64,000 bases of DNA, from positions 69,192,001 through 69,256,000 of the forward strand of contig OY740789.1 in NCBI GenBank assembly GCA_963514005.1, in the 5' to 3' direction. Every line of letters begins with the position of its first letter. Position 1 is the stretch's first letter. Source of the DNA: Raja brachyura (lineage: Eukaryota). The translations under genes and the position numbers were made by a program. Under the pieces are notes generated by a model that worked only from the letters and a program-made list of their open reading frames with translations, was not told the DNA's origin and searched no databases. This document shows positions 24,776 through 37,308 of the stretch, one piece after another.

Positions 24776-26084
24776 GCTATTTTCACTTGGATGGTGAACC
24801 TTTGGAACCCTCTAAGCTGTAGGCTTTTAGAAGTCAAGTCATTTTGAGACCAGGGATAGATTTCTGGACTATTACCAGCTGACAACCTAGCCAGCTTGTC
24901 TCCTACTAGTTTATTTTCCCACTCTTACCCGATTCCTTTCTTACCGTTTAAAATATTGTCAGTAGAGGAATGGCCTGATTTTCACCTCTCAGGGAAGCAA
25001 AGTAGTAAATGGGGAAGGAGAGTGCAGGAGGGGTGGAGGAAAAAACGTCTTTACTACAGTGAAGGATTGATGCATGCAATCAATATTCCTGCACAAATTG
25101 TGAGCAAGAACCTTTGGGGAATTCTAACATTGTTATTCTTTTCTTAGTGCCTTTTCAAAACACCATGGCAATGGTCATCCAGGGCCATTCAATGCAGCGT
25201 GTAAATGATGGATATCACCAGAATTGAGACAATAATGTTCCAATTTAGCCATGTATTCCAAGATGTGCAGATGTAAAGGCAAACTGGTGAGATCGTGTTG
25301 ACGCATGTTGGCTCAATGGTAGATTTGCTGCCTTACAGCACCAGCAACTCGGGTTCAATCCTAACTATGGGTGCTGTCTGTACATTCTTCGTGTGGGTTT
25401 TTTCTGGTTTCCTTCCACATTCCAATGACATACAGGTTAATCGGCATTGGTAAGTTGTAGTCCCTAATGCATGTACGGGGTGATCGCTGATCAGCATGGA
25501 CTCGGTGGGCTGAAGGGTCTGTTTCCGCACTGTACCTCTAAAAAAAGTCTAATTGATAATGTCCTCATAAAATTAATGAATTATTCAGCGCAAGAGTTTC
25601 TTCAGATCATCGCGCCTGCTCTGGCTCTTTCCATTTACACCCAGATCACTGTTCTCACCCTGTGATCTCAATGAATTAACTAACTCGATTAATTAACTCG
25701 ATGAAAAGACTATGTCTAATTTGCTAGTTGTACAATCTATTTTCAGTGCCATCCATGCAATTAAAAACCTTGCATAGTCCAGGAGGGAAACATGGCAACA
25801 ACGATTTTCAGATTATTTCTGTTGCCTCACGACTATGATAAAGCACATTAAGCCTCGAGTCATCATTGGCTAACTAGGTCCATGTCGGGTGCATTCGAGA
25901 TAATTTGATTTCCTGTGCAAAGCTCGTTTTGGAGTGCAGCAAGAGAACCTGCACTGCATTGCCCAGCAACAATCAACATTATGCAACTCAGGGCAAGCTG
26001 ATTTTTTCAGTTTTAGAGGTACAGCGCAGAAACAGGCCTTTCGACCCACTGAATCCGCACCGACCAACGATCCCCGCACACTAA

Positions 26085-26854
26085 AGGGGCCGTACCACCG
26101 CGGCGACCTAATCTGCGAGTTTAGACGAGTTTGCCCTCAACTCAAACTAGCAGCATGGTCAACACGTGATCCTAGGAAGTCCTATGAGGTCACTGGAACT
26201 CTCCTTCATGCTCGAGGGAAGTTCCCGAATACTCGTGGCCTTTCAGCATGTTGAAAAATTTTCCGCGAGAAAAATTTGGTTGGCATGGTTCTTTTGAACT
26301 CGTAGTGCAGTGGAGTGGGGTCGCTATTTAGTTACAGGCAGTCGAGGGCAGCCGTAGTCAATCTCCTTCGCTGACCGGGCATTTTGATTGGCTCATTGGA
26401 GTTTACAAGACAGGAAAAAAACAACCGGTAGGTAAAATATCCACTAAACTTTATTAAACTTCTTAAAAGTGTCTCTACTCCCCCCCCCCCCCCAAAGGAC
26501 TTACCTTACACTGTGCAGCCGTCTTTAACCTTCCTCTTCATTNNNNNNNNNNNNNNNNNNNNNNNNNNNNNNNNNNNNNNNNNNNNNNNNNNNNNNNNNN
26601 NNNNNNNNNNNNNNNNNNNNNNNNNNNNNNNNNNNNNNNNNNNNNNNNNNNNNNNNNNNNNNNNNNNNNNNNNNNNNNNNNNNNNNNNNNNNNNNNNNNN
26701 NNNNNNNNNNNNNNNNNNNNNNNNNNNNNNNCTCCCGGTTTCAATGCTGATGGTCGATCCAGCTCGAGCTTTTCCAGGTGAGTGCCCTCGAGCTTGCAGG
26801 TTGAACACACTCTTCTTAACTCGCGGATTAAGTTGCCGCAGTGGGACAGCCCCT
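26085..26854. mobile_element. PIF/Harbinger-like MITE inserted in a minus-strand SINE (26009-27035); contains an N gap
   Basis: ~37-bp imperfect TIRs starting AGGGGC; TAA TSD at 26082-26084 and 26855-26857. Removing it restores the SINE. Confidence 0.85.
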
Positions 26855-28013
26855 TAACACTATCCTACACACACGAGGGACAATTTACATTTTATACCAA
26901 TCAAATAACCTACAAACCTGTACATCTTTGGAGTGTGGGAGGAAACCAAAGGCCTCAGAGAAAACCCACGCAGGTCACGGGGATAACGTAAAACTCCGTA
27001 TAAACAGCACCCGTAGTCGGGATCGAACTCTATCACTGCAGGCCCAGGCGAAGACTTGCTTCACTTTCATCCATTGACCTCTCTCCTCAAGACTGTATGG
27101 ACTCCCACATAACCCACCCACTCACAGGCTTTGTTGCAGACTTACAATCCCAAGGCACGTCTGTAGACTGCTGATCTCTAGACCCCCCCCCATCTAAAAT
27201 CTGACCTCTCAACCCTACCAAAAAACCACTACCACATCCCACTGAAGTTCTAAGTGGAGGTCTTCATCTTTTTACTTTCCCTCTACAACTCCCCCTCTAT
27301 ATTACTTTCCTCAGCCCTACACTGATCCTGCATGTATTTCCTTTTCTCAACCGCACCCCCTCACCTAAGGTCACCAACTTGCTTCCCCCTCTTACAAGGT
27401 ACAGAGTTCCCCTCCCATACCGCTTCTGATAATTCCCACCATCTCAGGACACCTCCCCCCCCCCCCCCCCCACCCCGCTATCCTCAACAAAGCCCAAGCC
27501 AAACATGGTCCCCTAGCCAGCCAGCCAACTAACAAGATCCTTGCAGAAATTCATCCTCCACCAGAACATTGATCTTTGGCCAGAGCATACCTAGCTGGAA
27601 CAAATGCAATTTTACAGTCATTGCTTTTCCATTGTAATCAAAAACAAAAAACAGCCAATTTGATTCAAGAAACGGTTTAAAATATAATTTTATGGTCACT
27701 ACAAGAGGCGAAGGACACTTCTGCATACTTTTTCTCACCTCCTCTCTTCAGAGGTACTGTGACTGAAACATGATTGCAATGATACAGCAATTTAACAACC
27801 AACCACAACCCAATTGACAGTGAATAATAAATCACTGTGGGTGGGGAAGCTTTACAAATTAACCTGGATGACACACCAACATTTTATCATCTTTGATGCA
27901 AGGTATCAGCTACAAGGATTCTGTTCAAAGTTAAAAAGAGAGAGAGGTAACCAAATCAACTAACAACTCCTACCCAAACCCGAGACAGGTGGGAAATGTT
28001 TATGTACTGTTGT

Positions 28014-28019
28014 TTTATT
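28014..28019 (-). promoter_or_regulatory. Candidate VPS39 polyadenylation signal (another at 28603-28608)
   Basis: AATAAA on the minus strand in repeat-free sequence downstream of the stop codon. Confidence 0.35.
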
Positions 28020-28773
28020 AAGTAGGATGTTAAAGTGAAAAAATACAAAGTGGCAAGACATACAAGAAATGTTCGGCATTTCAAAATTTGGGGTTTTAAG
28101 CATATTTACCCAACTTTTTAACATTTACAGATTCAAGATCTTAAATAGAATGATCGTTCAATGTATTTTATAGCATTAGCACAAACTCTAAATATAGTCT
28201 TGCACCATAATTAAGTAGATTATTCTGTACAATGCATTGCTTAGGGAGCGCAGTAGTTTTTCATAGATGAAGGCACACACTCAAATAAACAATAATTATG
28301 TGAAAATAAAAATCAGGAGTTGCCAACGAAAAGTGCTATGAGTAAGGGCTTGGGGCATGATGTAAATGAGAACAATACTCAAAATGTCATCTGCCTTTGC
28401 CAAGCTAAAAATCAACAGCCCCTTTAACAAAGTACATCAGCACAGTGCTTCCAGACCTGGGGATTTATCATCATGTAGTGCAACTGTCTTCATAAAGTGG
28501 CAGAAGTCAAATATACAACTTTACACAGGAAACAGTTTCCAGTTTTATACTAATCCCCCAATGTAAGCAGAAAGCTAACATGCCAGTAATAGTATATACA
28601 GATTTATTAATAAAATCATTAATATTAATAGTATATTATCACACACGGTGCGTGTTTGTTGCCCAGCAGTTGCTCATCCTTCAGTGAAAGGCAGGATACC
28701 TGCCCAAACCATCTTATCCAAATGTCCATCCTGACAGCAAATAGATTCCTGCATTTCAAATGAGCTGGCACGT

Positions 28774-28855
28774 TCACGTCTCTGTGGGACAAACATTTCG
28801 GTCTTTGCAGCAGAAATAATGGACGACAACACCATTGGGATAACGGGCAAACGCA
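28774..28855 (-). CDS. VPS39: VPS39 terminal coding exon, (S)AFARYPNGVVVHYFCCKDRNVCPTET*
   Basis: AG acceptor, phase 2, TGA at 28776-28774; matches the VPS39 C-terminus. Confidence 0.95.
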
Positions 28856-29157
28856 CTAGAGAAAGAGAAACAATGTGGAATAACCACTCTGAAGAGAAAA
28901 CATTAAAAACAAATCACAAATGGGAACAAGCTAATTAAGCAAGATATTTAATTCTCTGAAGGAGGGCATGATATAAATTGAAAATCAAAGAGTGAAATAT
29001 TTAATTGATCATGAGATGAGCCAGCCTAACCTGGTATTATTATGTAGCTGTTTTATCCTCTTCACCGCATTATTTTCTTACCATTATTGCTCATGCTTCA
29101 GCACCAGGTATTCAGTGGGAAGGTGTAGAGCTACTACAGTGCATTCAGTGCATTCAG

Positions 29158-29984
29158 TGGCCTCATCACGATGAGTCGGCCTACAGGGAGGAGGTCCAGC
29201 ACTTAGCAGCATGGTGCGCTGACAACAACCTGGCCCTTAACTCCAAGAAGACCAAGGAGCTCATTGTAGACTTCAGGAAGTCCAGGGGCGGCACGCACAC
29301 CCCCATCCACATTAACGGTACGGAGGTGGAACGTGTTTCTAGCTTCAGGTTCCTGGGAGTCAACCTCTCCGACGACCTCTCTTGGACCCACAATACCTCA
29401 ACTCTGATCAAGAAGGCTCACCAGCGTCTCTTCTTCCTGAGGAGACTGAAGAAGGTCCATCTGTCTCCTCAGATCCTGGTGAACTTCTACCGCTGCACCA
29501 TCGAGAGCATCCTTACCAACTGCATCACAGTTTGGTATGGCAACTGCTCTGTCTCCGACCGGAAGGCATTGCAGAGGGTGGTGAAAATTGCCCAACGCAT
29601 CACCGGTTCCTCGCTCCCCTCCATTGAGTCTGTCCAAAGAAAGCGTTGTCTGCGGAGGGCGCTCAGCATCGCCAAGGACCTCTCTCACCCCAACCATGGA
29701 CTGTTTACCCTCCTACCATCCGGGAGGCGCTACAGGTCTCTCCGTTGCCGAACCAGCAGGTCCAGGAACAGCTTCTTTCCGGTGGCTGTCACGCTACTCA
29801 ACAACGTACCTCGGTGACTGCCAATCACCCCCCCCCCCCCCCCCCCCCCCCCCGGACACTTATTGTTATTTATTCAAATCATTTGCTGTGTCGCTCTTCC
29901 AGGGAGATGCTAAATGCATTTCGTTGTCTCTGTACTGTACACTGACAATGACAATTAAAATTGAATCTGAATCTGAATCTGAAT
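29158..29984 (+). mobile_element. Young 5'-truncated Rex1/Babar LINE
   Basis: Open frame to 29817 (FRFLGVNLSDDLSW...FYRCTIESILT...LLPSGRRYRS); (GAATCT)n tail; splits the left Tc1 TIR. Confidence 0.9.
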
Positions 29985-30158
29985 CAGAAGGTATTCAGAC
30001 CCCTTCACCTTTTCCACATTTTGTTACGTTACAGCCTTACTTTAAAATTGATTAAATTCATTTTTTTAAATCATCAATCTACACACAATACCCCAGAATG
30101 AAGAGGCGAAAACAGAAATTTTTGTCTAGGCGTCTAGAAATTTTTGCCAAGTAATTAA

Positions 30159-30832
30159 GAATCTGAATCAGATTTTATTCGCCAAGTATGTTTTGCAACA
30201 TACGAGGAATTTCACTGGCCAGGTCAGTCATACAATTAAAAGCAACAGACACATTTTAACATGAACATCCACCACAGTGACTCCTGCACATTCCTCACTG
30301 TGATGGAAGATGAAATAAAGTTCTTCCTTGGTCGGGGGCCTCGAGCCCTCCGTTGACGAGACGGTCTTGACTCCCGTAGTCGGCGGCGCTCGGGCCCTCC
30401 GCGTCGAGGCGTTCAGCTCCTACATCGGGCGGTTGTCAGCACCCCCACGCCGGGGCGATCGAACTTTCTGCCGCATTAAAATTTCAGACTAGCCTCTCCC
30501 GAGACTACGAACCCTTGTAAGTTCGCAGGCCGCGGTGGGAGCGATCCCAGGCAAGGGATCCGCTCCGATGTTAAGTCCACACCCTGCAGTGGGGTTCACG
30601 ACAATCCGAGGAGGCCTCCAGCTCCAGCGATGGTAGGCTGCAGAGCACGGAGAATGTGATCCGAAAATTGATCACATCTCCGGGAAGGTAGGAACTTGAA
30701 AAAAGTTCCCCCCGATCCCCTCTCCCTCCCCCCATATAAAAAAAACTGAAGTACATTAAAACAAACTTTTAACAAAAGCTAAAAATAACAAAAAGATGAA
30801 AAAACGAACAGACTGCCGGCAGGGCTGCCATC
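30159..30832 (-). mobile_element. Non-coding GC-rich retroelement with a Rex-like 3' module
   Basis: Minus strand starts AGATGGCAGCC and ends AATAAA plus (GATTCA)n; 3' module shared with 42841-43483 and 59553-59725. Confidence 0.6.
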
Positions 30833-33135
30833 TGAATCTGAATCTGAATCTCCCCGAAGCCCCTGGTGGCTAAACAATAAATTAAAATATATTATAAATA
30901 AGTAACTGAAATATCACATTTACATAAGTATTCAGACCCTTTGCTATGACACTCAAAATTGAGCTCAGGTTCATCCTGTTTCCATTGATTATCTTGAGAT
31001 GGTTCTACAGCTTGATTGGAGTCCACCAGTGGTAAATTAAATTGATTGGACATGATTTGGAAATGCACACACCTGTATATAGGTTCCACAATTGTCAGAG
31101 CAAAAACTAAGCCATGAAAACGAAGGAAGTGTCCCTAGACAGGATTGTGTCAAGACACAGATCTGGGTAAGGGTATAAAACAGTTTCTGCAGCATTGCAA
31201 GTCCTGAAGAGCACAGTGGCCTCTGTCATTCTTAAATGGAAGAACTTTGGAACCACAAGGACTCTTCATAGAGCCGGCTGCCCAGCCAAACTGAGCAATC
31301 AGGGGAGAAGGGCCTTGGTCAGGGAGGTGACCAAGAACCAGATGGTCACTTGGACAGAATTCCAGAGTTCGCCTGTGGAGATGGGAGAACCTTCCAGAAG
31401 GACAACTATATCTGCAGCACTCCACCAATGAGGCCTTTATGGTAGAGTGGCCAGACGGAAGCCACTCCTCCGTAAAAAACACATGAGCTTGGAGTTTGCC
31501 AAAAGGCATGAGAAACAAGATTCTCTGGTCTGATGAAACCAAGATTGAACTCTTTGACCTGAATGCCAAGTGTCACATCTGGAGGAAACCAGGCACCGCT
31601 CACCACCTGGCCAATACCATACCTTTGGTGAAGCATGGTGCTGGCAGCATCATGTTGTGGGGATGTTTTTCAGTGACAGGAACCGACAGGATTGAGGGAA
31701 AGATGAATGGAGCAAAAGTACAGAGAAATCCTTGATGATAACCTGCTCCAAAGCGTTCTGGACCTCAGACTGAGGTGTAGGTTCACCTTCCAACAGGACA
31801 ACTACCCTAAGCACACAGCCAAGACAACGCAGGAGTGGCTTTGTGACAAATCTGTCAATGTGCCTCAGTGGCCCAGCCAGAGCCCGGACTTGAACCCGAT
31901 CGAACATCTCTGGTGGGACCTGAAAATAGCTGGGCATTGACACCCCCCATCTAACCTGACAGGGCTTGAGTGGATCTGCAGAGAAGAATCGGAGAAATTA
32001 CCCAAATACAGGTGTACCAGGCTTGTAGCGTCATACCCAAGAAGACTTGAGGCTGTAATCGCTGCCAAAGGTGCCTCAACAAAGTACTGAGTAAAGGGTC
32101 TGAATACTTATGTAAATGTGATATTTCAGTTAATTCTCTTTAATTACATTGCAAACATTTCTAAACACCTGTTTTCACTTTTGTGTGTAGATTGATGATT
32201 TAAAAAAAAAGAATTGAATCCATTTTAGAATAAGGCTGTAACTTTAACAAAATGTGGAAAAAGTGAAGGGATCTGAATACTTTCTGAATGCACTGTATAT
32301 CTGCATCAATACTGTCTCTTCAGTTATTAATTAACAAAATAGAACAGCCTGAAATAACTGTGCATTGCATCCCCTGCTCACCCTCCACAGTAAGGGCACT
32401 TGATTGCAGTACAATAATAACAGAATATTTTGACCAAAGTTTCTGCCTCTCTGATCGTCTAAAGTTCCATTACCTTGCCATTCTTCTTTATCCTTACTGG
32501 AACATGCCAGTCTTGAACTCTGATCAGCTGGCTTTAAACAACTTCCCCATGTCTGACAAGAGGCATCCAATAACTACTCCCAATTTACTCTCCACAGCTC
32601 CTGCTTAATAATGTTGTAATCTCCTTTACCTTGGTACCTTCCCTCATGAGCTCCAATCAGTGAAACACAACTCTTGGACATTGTTTGTGTAAGAAAGAAC
32701 TGCAGATGCTGGTTTAAATCAAAGGTAGACACAAAATGCTGGAGTAACTCAGCGGGAGAAGGAATGGGTGATGTTTCAGGTCCCAAACTTCCATCTTATC
32801 ATTTCTTCAAATGAGAGAAATAAAATGACATTCTGCAGTTCAATAAATCAGAAGGTTGACCAGGGAAGCCTGCAAAGAGCTGCTGCGACCACTGTTCCAC
32901 CCATGCTCATGTGCAAATTCCTCTTTGCCTATCACCCATGTTTATTGACAGACATCAATTTCCAGTCAACAGACACTTTCATTTTAAGGTGCATATACTT
33001 CACAGCCACACTTCTCATCACTCCAACCTCCCAAATCATCACCACCACACCCTGCCCCTCCTCAATCCCCATCAACCTACCCTCAAGACAGCTATTATTC
33101 CATGATTCTTGCAGATCTCCAATCCACCATTAGTA

Positions 33136-33499
33136 CAGGACCACCACCAATTTTCCAGCAACTGTCCTTTAATCTGGACAGAATTACAAGTGCACTTTAA
33201 ATCCCCCCTGGATGTCCCGTTGAAAATGTGGAGCCTGGGCCAAGTGAGGCGGCCAACCTCGACCTCGTTGTTACTTCCTCGGCCAATCGGCAGGATGAAT
33301 TTGCCCCCGGCGGCCAGGACTCTGGAACTGTGGCCTGACCGGTGTTGGCAGATCCGTTCCCAGAGGCAATTTTTGAGGCCGAACTGTGGGCCTGTATCGC
33401 CCCCTGTTCAACTCCTCTCGGAGGCCGTGATGTCTGGCAAAACTGATAATTCAACAAGGCTCTGGAACCAAGGGTGCTGGAAAATCGATGGTGGACCTG
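33136..33499. mobile_element. Tc1/mariner (pogo/Tigger-like) MITE
   Basis: ~25-bp imperfect TIRs CAGGACCACC...TTTTCCAGCA; TA on both sides. Confidence 0.75.
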
Positions 33500-35600
33500 T
33501 ACTGATGTACTTAGATACAGGGTAAAAGGAATAATGTTCAGTGCAAGATAAAGTCCGATATAAAGATAGTCTGTCTCCAATGAGGTTGATGATAGGTCAG
33601 GACCATTATCAAGTTGGTGATAGGATGGTCCAGTTGCCTAATGGCAGCTGGGAAGAAACTGTCCCTGAATCTGGAGGTATGCGTTTTCACACTTGAGTAT
33701 CTTTTGCCTGACGGGAGAGGGGAGTGCTTCCGATGCCAAGTGGAGGCCAGACCGTCCGTGTGCAGATTTTCAGGGTTATTTGCCGGAAAACATTTGGGTT
33801 AGCTTAGAAATAAATTCCCAATGTATTTTACACCATCATCCAAATCATTATTTCCCACTGCCTATCTTTTCTTTCATCTTATAATATTTATTGGTTTGTG
33901 TTTTTAAATAGGCAAAGTAATTCCCTTGTTGGTTTTACTTATGAAATGAACATGGTATTAGAGCCGCAAAGAATGTGAAAATGTCTGTGTTTTTGTCAAA
34001 TTGCTTCACATTTGTCGGCTGTGTTTCCCTCAATCTCGAAGATAGACACAAAATGCTGGAGTAACTCAGTAGGACGGGCAGCATCTCAGGATAGAAGGAA
34101 TGGGTGGTAGAAGATGCTGGTAAAGGACACACGCAGCTCCGACTTGTCCAGATTTCCAGAGCCATGGTTGCAGGGAGATAATTATTTTACATCAAACAAT
34201 GCAATTATGCAAAAGTACTTTGATCGGAACTAAGGACAAAGCCTTTCATATCTGGACAATTGGTATTATCTGGATGCTTGCTTCAAGCCCGAAGTTGCAC
34301 TCAGTCAGTGTCTTTGCAGGAGGTCATGTTTCCTGCAGCAGTTATAAAACTTCAAATACTTAAATACAGAAACCTGTCGAGGATGAGAGGCATGGACAAG
34401 TGAGGGCCAAATCGGTGGAAATTTATAGCACTGGAGGCCATTCAGTTGGCTGGACAAAGTTACCCATACTAATTCTACCTTCCAGCTTATGGTCAACGGC
34501 AGTTATGCAGATCTCAGGTTTTCCACCACTGTTTAAATCTGATGTTGATATCAGTTTCCACCATCCTTTCAAGCAGTGCGTTCCAAATCACTGTCTGGGT
34601 GAAAACATTTTTCATCATCTCCCCTTAATTCTGGCTGCCATTGGTTAATCTATTCTACCAGGTCCGAGGAATTGCCTCCTTCCGCTTAATCAAGCCACCC
34701 CCACATTCCAATAATTTTGTATATACTTCAATTAAGTAAAACTTTGCATGCCTCGATTCCAAGAAAAAAACGTGGTTTATCCAATGTGACTTGACAGATG
34801 TAATTCTCCAGTCCTAGCAACATTCTTGTAAATCTCTCTGTGACCTCTCCAGTGGATTATGGTACAAAATAAGACACACTCTTCCTTGATCATCCTCTTT
34901 CTCTAAGTTCTCATCAAACCACTTCGGATTTCCTTCCCCAATTTTTAAATTCCTTACTTTTCCTTTCAATTTCACGTTTTTTCCTAGGTTTTTTACAATA
35001 TTAAACTACCAGGTGCCCGACAAGCTTTTTTTTGTTACCTTACCCTCATCATCAAGGAGGCTTTATATGACAGCTCCATAACGGTTCCTTTGTGGAATTC
35101 CTTGAATGCTTTCTAATGCTCTGAAATTGATTTACACTTAAGTTTTTACAAGTATACTTTTGCTAATTTACTTATAAATCTTGTAAAATTGGCATTCCTT
35201 TAACTTTAAACCTTTCCTCTAAATTTCATCTGTGCAATACCTGGATTTTAATCTTAGAAAGGAGTAGACACAATGGAGAGTTTTTGCACGTTAAAATCTC
35301 ATCCGATTCTAATCCGATCATTTTAATTCACTGCCCTGGTTCCTGATTCATCGCCCCCAGTTACTTCTAGCCTTAACCATCGGTGTCTCGTTCATTCTGA
35401 TTAAAAGGGTAGACAAGGCTCACAAGTGAAAATCCATGTTACTACTACTGGTAGATATTCCCAGATCAACTGGATACATAATAAAAAGTATTATTTGTTG
35501 AGAAGGATCTTCAGATTTCAAGCTCAACTACTTGACTACATTAATAACTATTATCTTTAATAACTATTAAACCATTCAATGCGGAATAGAGTGACCAAAC

Positions 35601-35692
35601 CTGTTTCCGATTTTTTTCTTGCAGACACGACAGATTTTCTCTTCAGTAATGATGCATTTCACCTCCTGATGGTAAATCCTCTGCTCCTGGAT
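35601..35692 (-). CDS. VPS39: VPS39 exon IQEQRIYHQEVKCIITEEKICRVCKKKIGN(S)
   Basis: 92 nt, AG/GT, phase 0 to 2. Confidence 0.95.
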
Positions 35693-36267
35693 CTGTCAGA
35701 TAATGAAGCTTAGAATTTGCATTTATACGTCATCTTTCACGATGCAAAGGTAGACCAGCGTGGATAACAAACAGTGAAAATCATTTAAGATACATTTGCA
35801 AAGCAGACATCAGTTTTCTGTACAATAAGGTCCATGTAAAACAATTGCAATCTAACATAATATTTTCACTATAAGATATGATATTAGAACAGAGAGCAGG
35901 AAATCTCTATATATTTTATAAAAAACCACCATGAATTCTTTTGTGCATCTACCCAGTGGGCGTTTGGTTTACTATCACATCTAAAGCTTCAGTCCTCCCT
36001 TAATATTGCAGAGATACCAGCATCCCACCTGTAGATTAGCTTCAAGTTGAATTTCTTCATCACTGGTACAAATGTTAACATTTACTTAAGCTCGAAATCT
36101 AAGCTGTAGAGCAAAGGCTGAGGCCCTGAACATCTGCTTATCTCATATTCATGGAGTCCCGTGTGCCAATTCAGTGATGTTTTAGCACTTGGGCTAAGTA
36201 CGATGGACCTGCTTCAGGTTAACCCGGCAACTGAAATTGACAACTATGGACAAAAGAGCAAATACAA

Positions 36268-36334
36268 GCCTGGCTAGCTCAGTGGGTAGAGCATGAGACT
36301 CTTAATCTCAGAGTCGTGGGTTCGAGTCCACGTT
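36268..36334 (+). pseudogene. 3'-truncated tRNA-Lys(CTT) copy fused to a SINE body
   Basis: GCCTGGCTAGCTCAGTGGGTAGAGCATGAGACTCTTAATCTCAGAGTCGTGGGTTCGAGTCCACGTT; the 3' acceptor-stem end is missing. Confidence 0.88.
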
Positions 36335-36690
36335 CTCCCTATAAACACTTGGGTTTTCACCAGGTGCTCCGGTTTCCTCCCACACTCCAAAGTCATACAA
36401 GTTTGTAGGTTGTGTAGAAAGGAACTGAGGGCGCTGGTTTACACCAAAGATAGACACAAAATGCTGGAGTAACTTAGTGGGTCAGGCAGCATCTCTGGAG
36501 AAAAGGAATAGGCGACATTTTGGGTTGAGACCCTTCCTCAGACCTACAGGTTTGTAGGTTAATTGGCTTCGGTAAGTTGTGAAATTGTCCCGAGTATGTG
36601 CACGTTAGTGTACGGGGCGATCGCAGGTTGACGTGGATTCAGTTGGCCGAAGGGCCTGTGGTCATGCTGTATGTCTAATGTACAAGGTAA
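36330..36690 (+). mobile_element. SINE body and tail, interrupted by a minus-strand Penelope terminus at ~36412-36545
   Basis: SINE core GGTTTCCTCCCACACTCCAAAG; the insert is flanked by a TACA(A/G)GTTTGTAGGTT duplication. Confidence 0.8.
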
Positions 36691-37173
36691 ATGCACTTAA
36701 ATAAAGTAAGAAAGAACATTAATTGGCACAGCAGCTGCATATGCTGGAACGAGACCCTATAGACAAAGATAATATCTCAATTTGTGGAGTACAGAGGCAA
36801 ATGAATAAATGATGTATCTTTGGCCCAAACATTATGGAGGGCACTGTGGTTGGCGCAATTGTAATCGTGTATAGTCATTCTGCTGGCTGGTTAGCATGCA
36901 AAAAAAGGCTTTTCACTGTACCCCGGTACACTTGACAATAAACTAAACTCACTACAATTACAATATACATTGAAATATAAGCGCTTAGAAATATAAAATG
37001 GAAAACGATGCAGCGGCTGAAAGAAGTAATTTTATCAATGGGATTTTAAATAGTCAGAGGAAATGGGAAGCACTTTATTTGGTTAGGATGCTACATATTG
37101 ATTCTGGATATGGAATATCTAGATTCTAGAAGCAATACATTTTATTAACTTGCAATCAGATGTAATGACTTAC

Positions 37174-37308
37174 ACGAAGGAATTCTGCATGAAGAAGACT
37201 TTTCTTAATTTGATTGGATCGTCGCCTCTGAGCATTTCCTTCAAGCACATTCTCCAGAAATACCTGAATTTCTCGAATTTGTGTGTTGGCAGGAAGCAGA
37301 TTCAAAGC
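37174..37308 (-). CDS. VPS39: VPS39 exon ALNLLPANTQIREIQVFLENVLEGNAQRRRSNQIKKSLLHAEFLR
   Basis: 135 nt, AG/GTAAGT, phase 0 to 0. Confidence 0.96.

Larger units (their letters stand above)
29137..32295 (+). mobile_element. Tc1-family IR/DR DNA transposon with decayed transposase at ~31114-32090
   Basis: TA|CAGTGCATTCAG and CTGAATGCACTG|TA termini; WSDETKIELF, FQQDNYPKH and SPDLNPIEHLW motifs; stops and frameshifts. Confidence 0.93.

Noticed and set aside
28603-28614. Palindromic bidirectional polyA signal TTTATTAATAAA
   Set aside because: Expected by chance in an AT-rich UTR, and no convergent gene was identified.
32855-32872. VDQGSL peptide matching CHUK
   Set aside because: It lacks the flanking IIDLGYAK and CTSFVGT and has no splice sites; likely chance.
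36268-36340. Functional tRNA-Lys gene
   Set aside because: The 3' acceptor-stem end is absent, the T-stem is shortened and there is no adjacent terminator.
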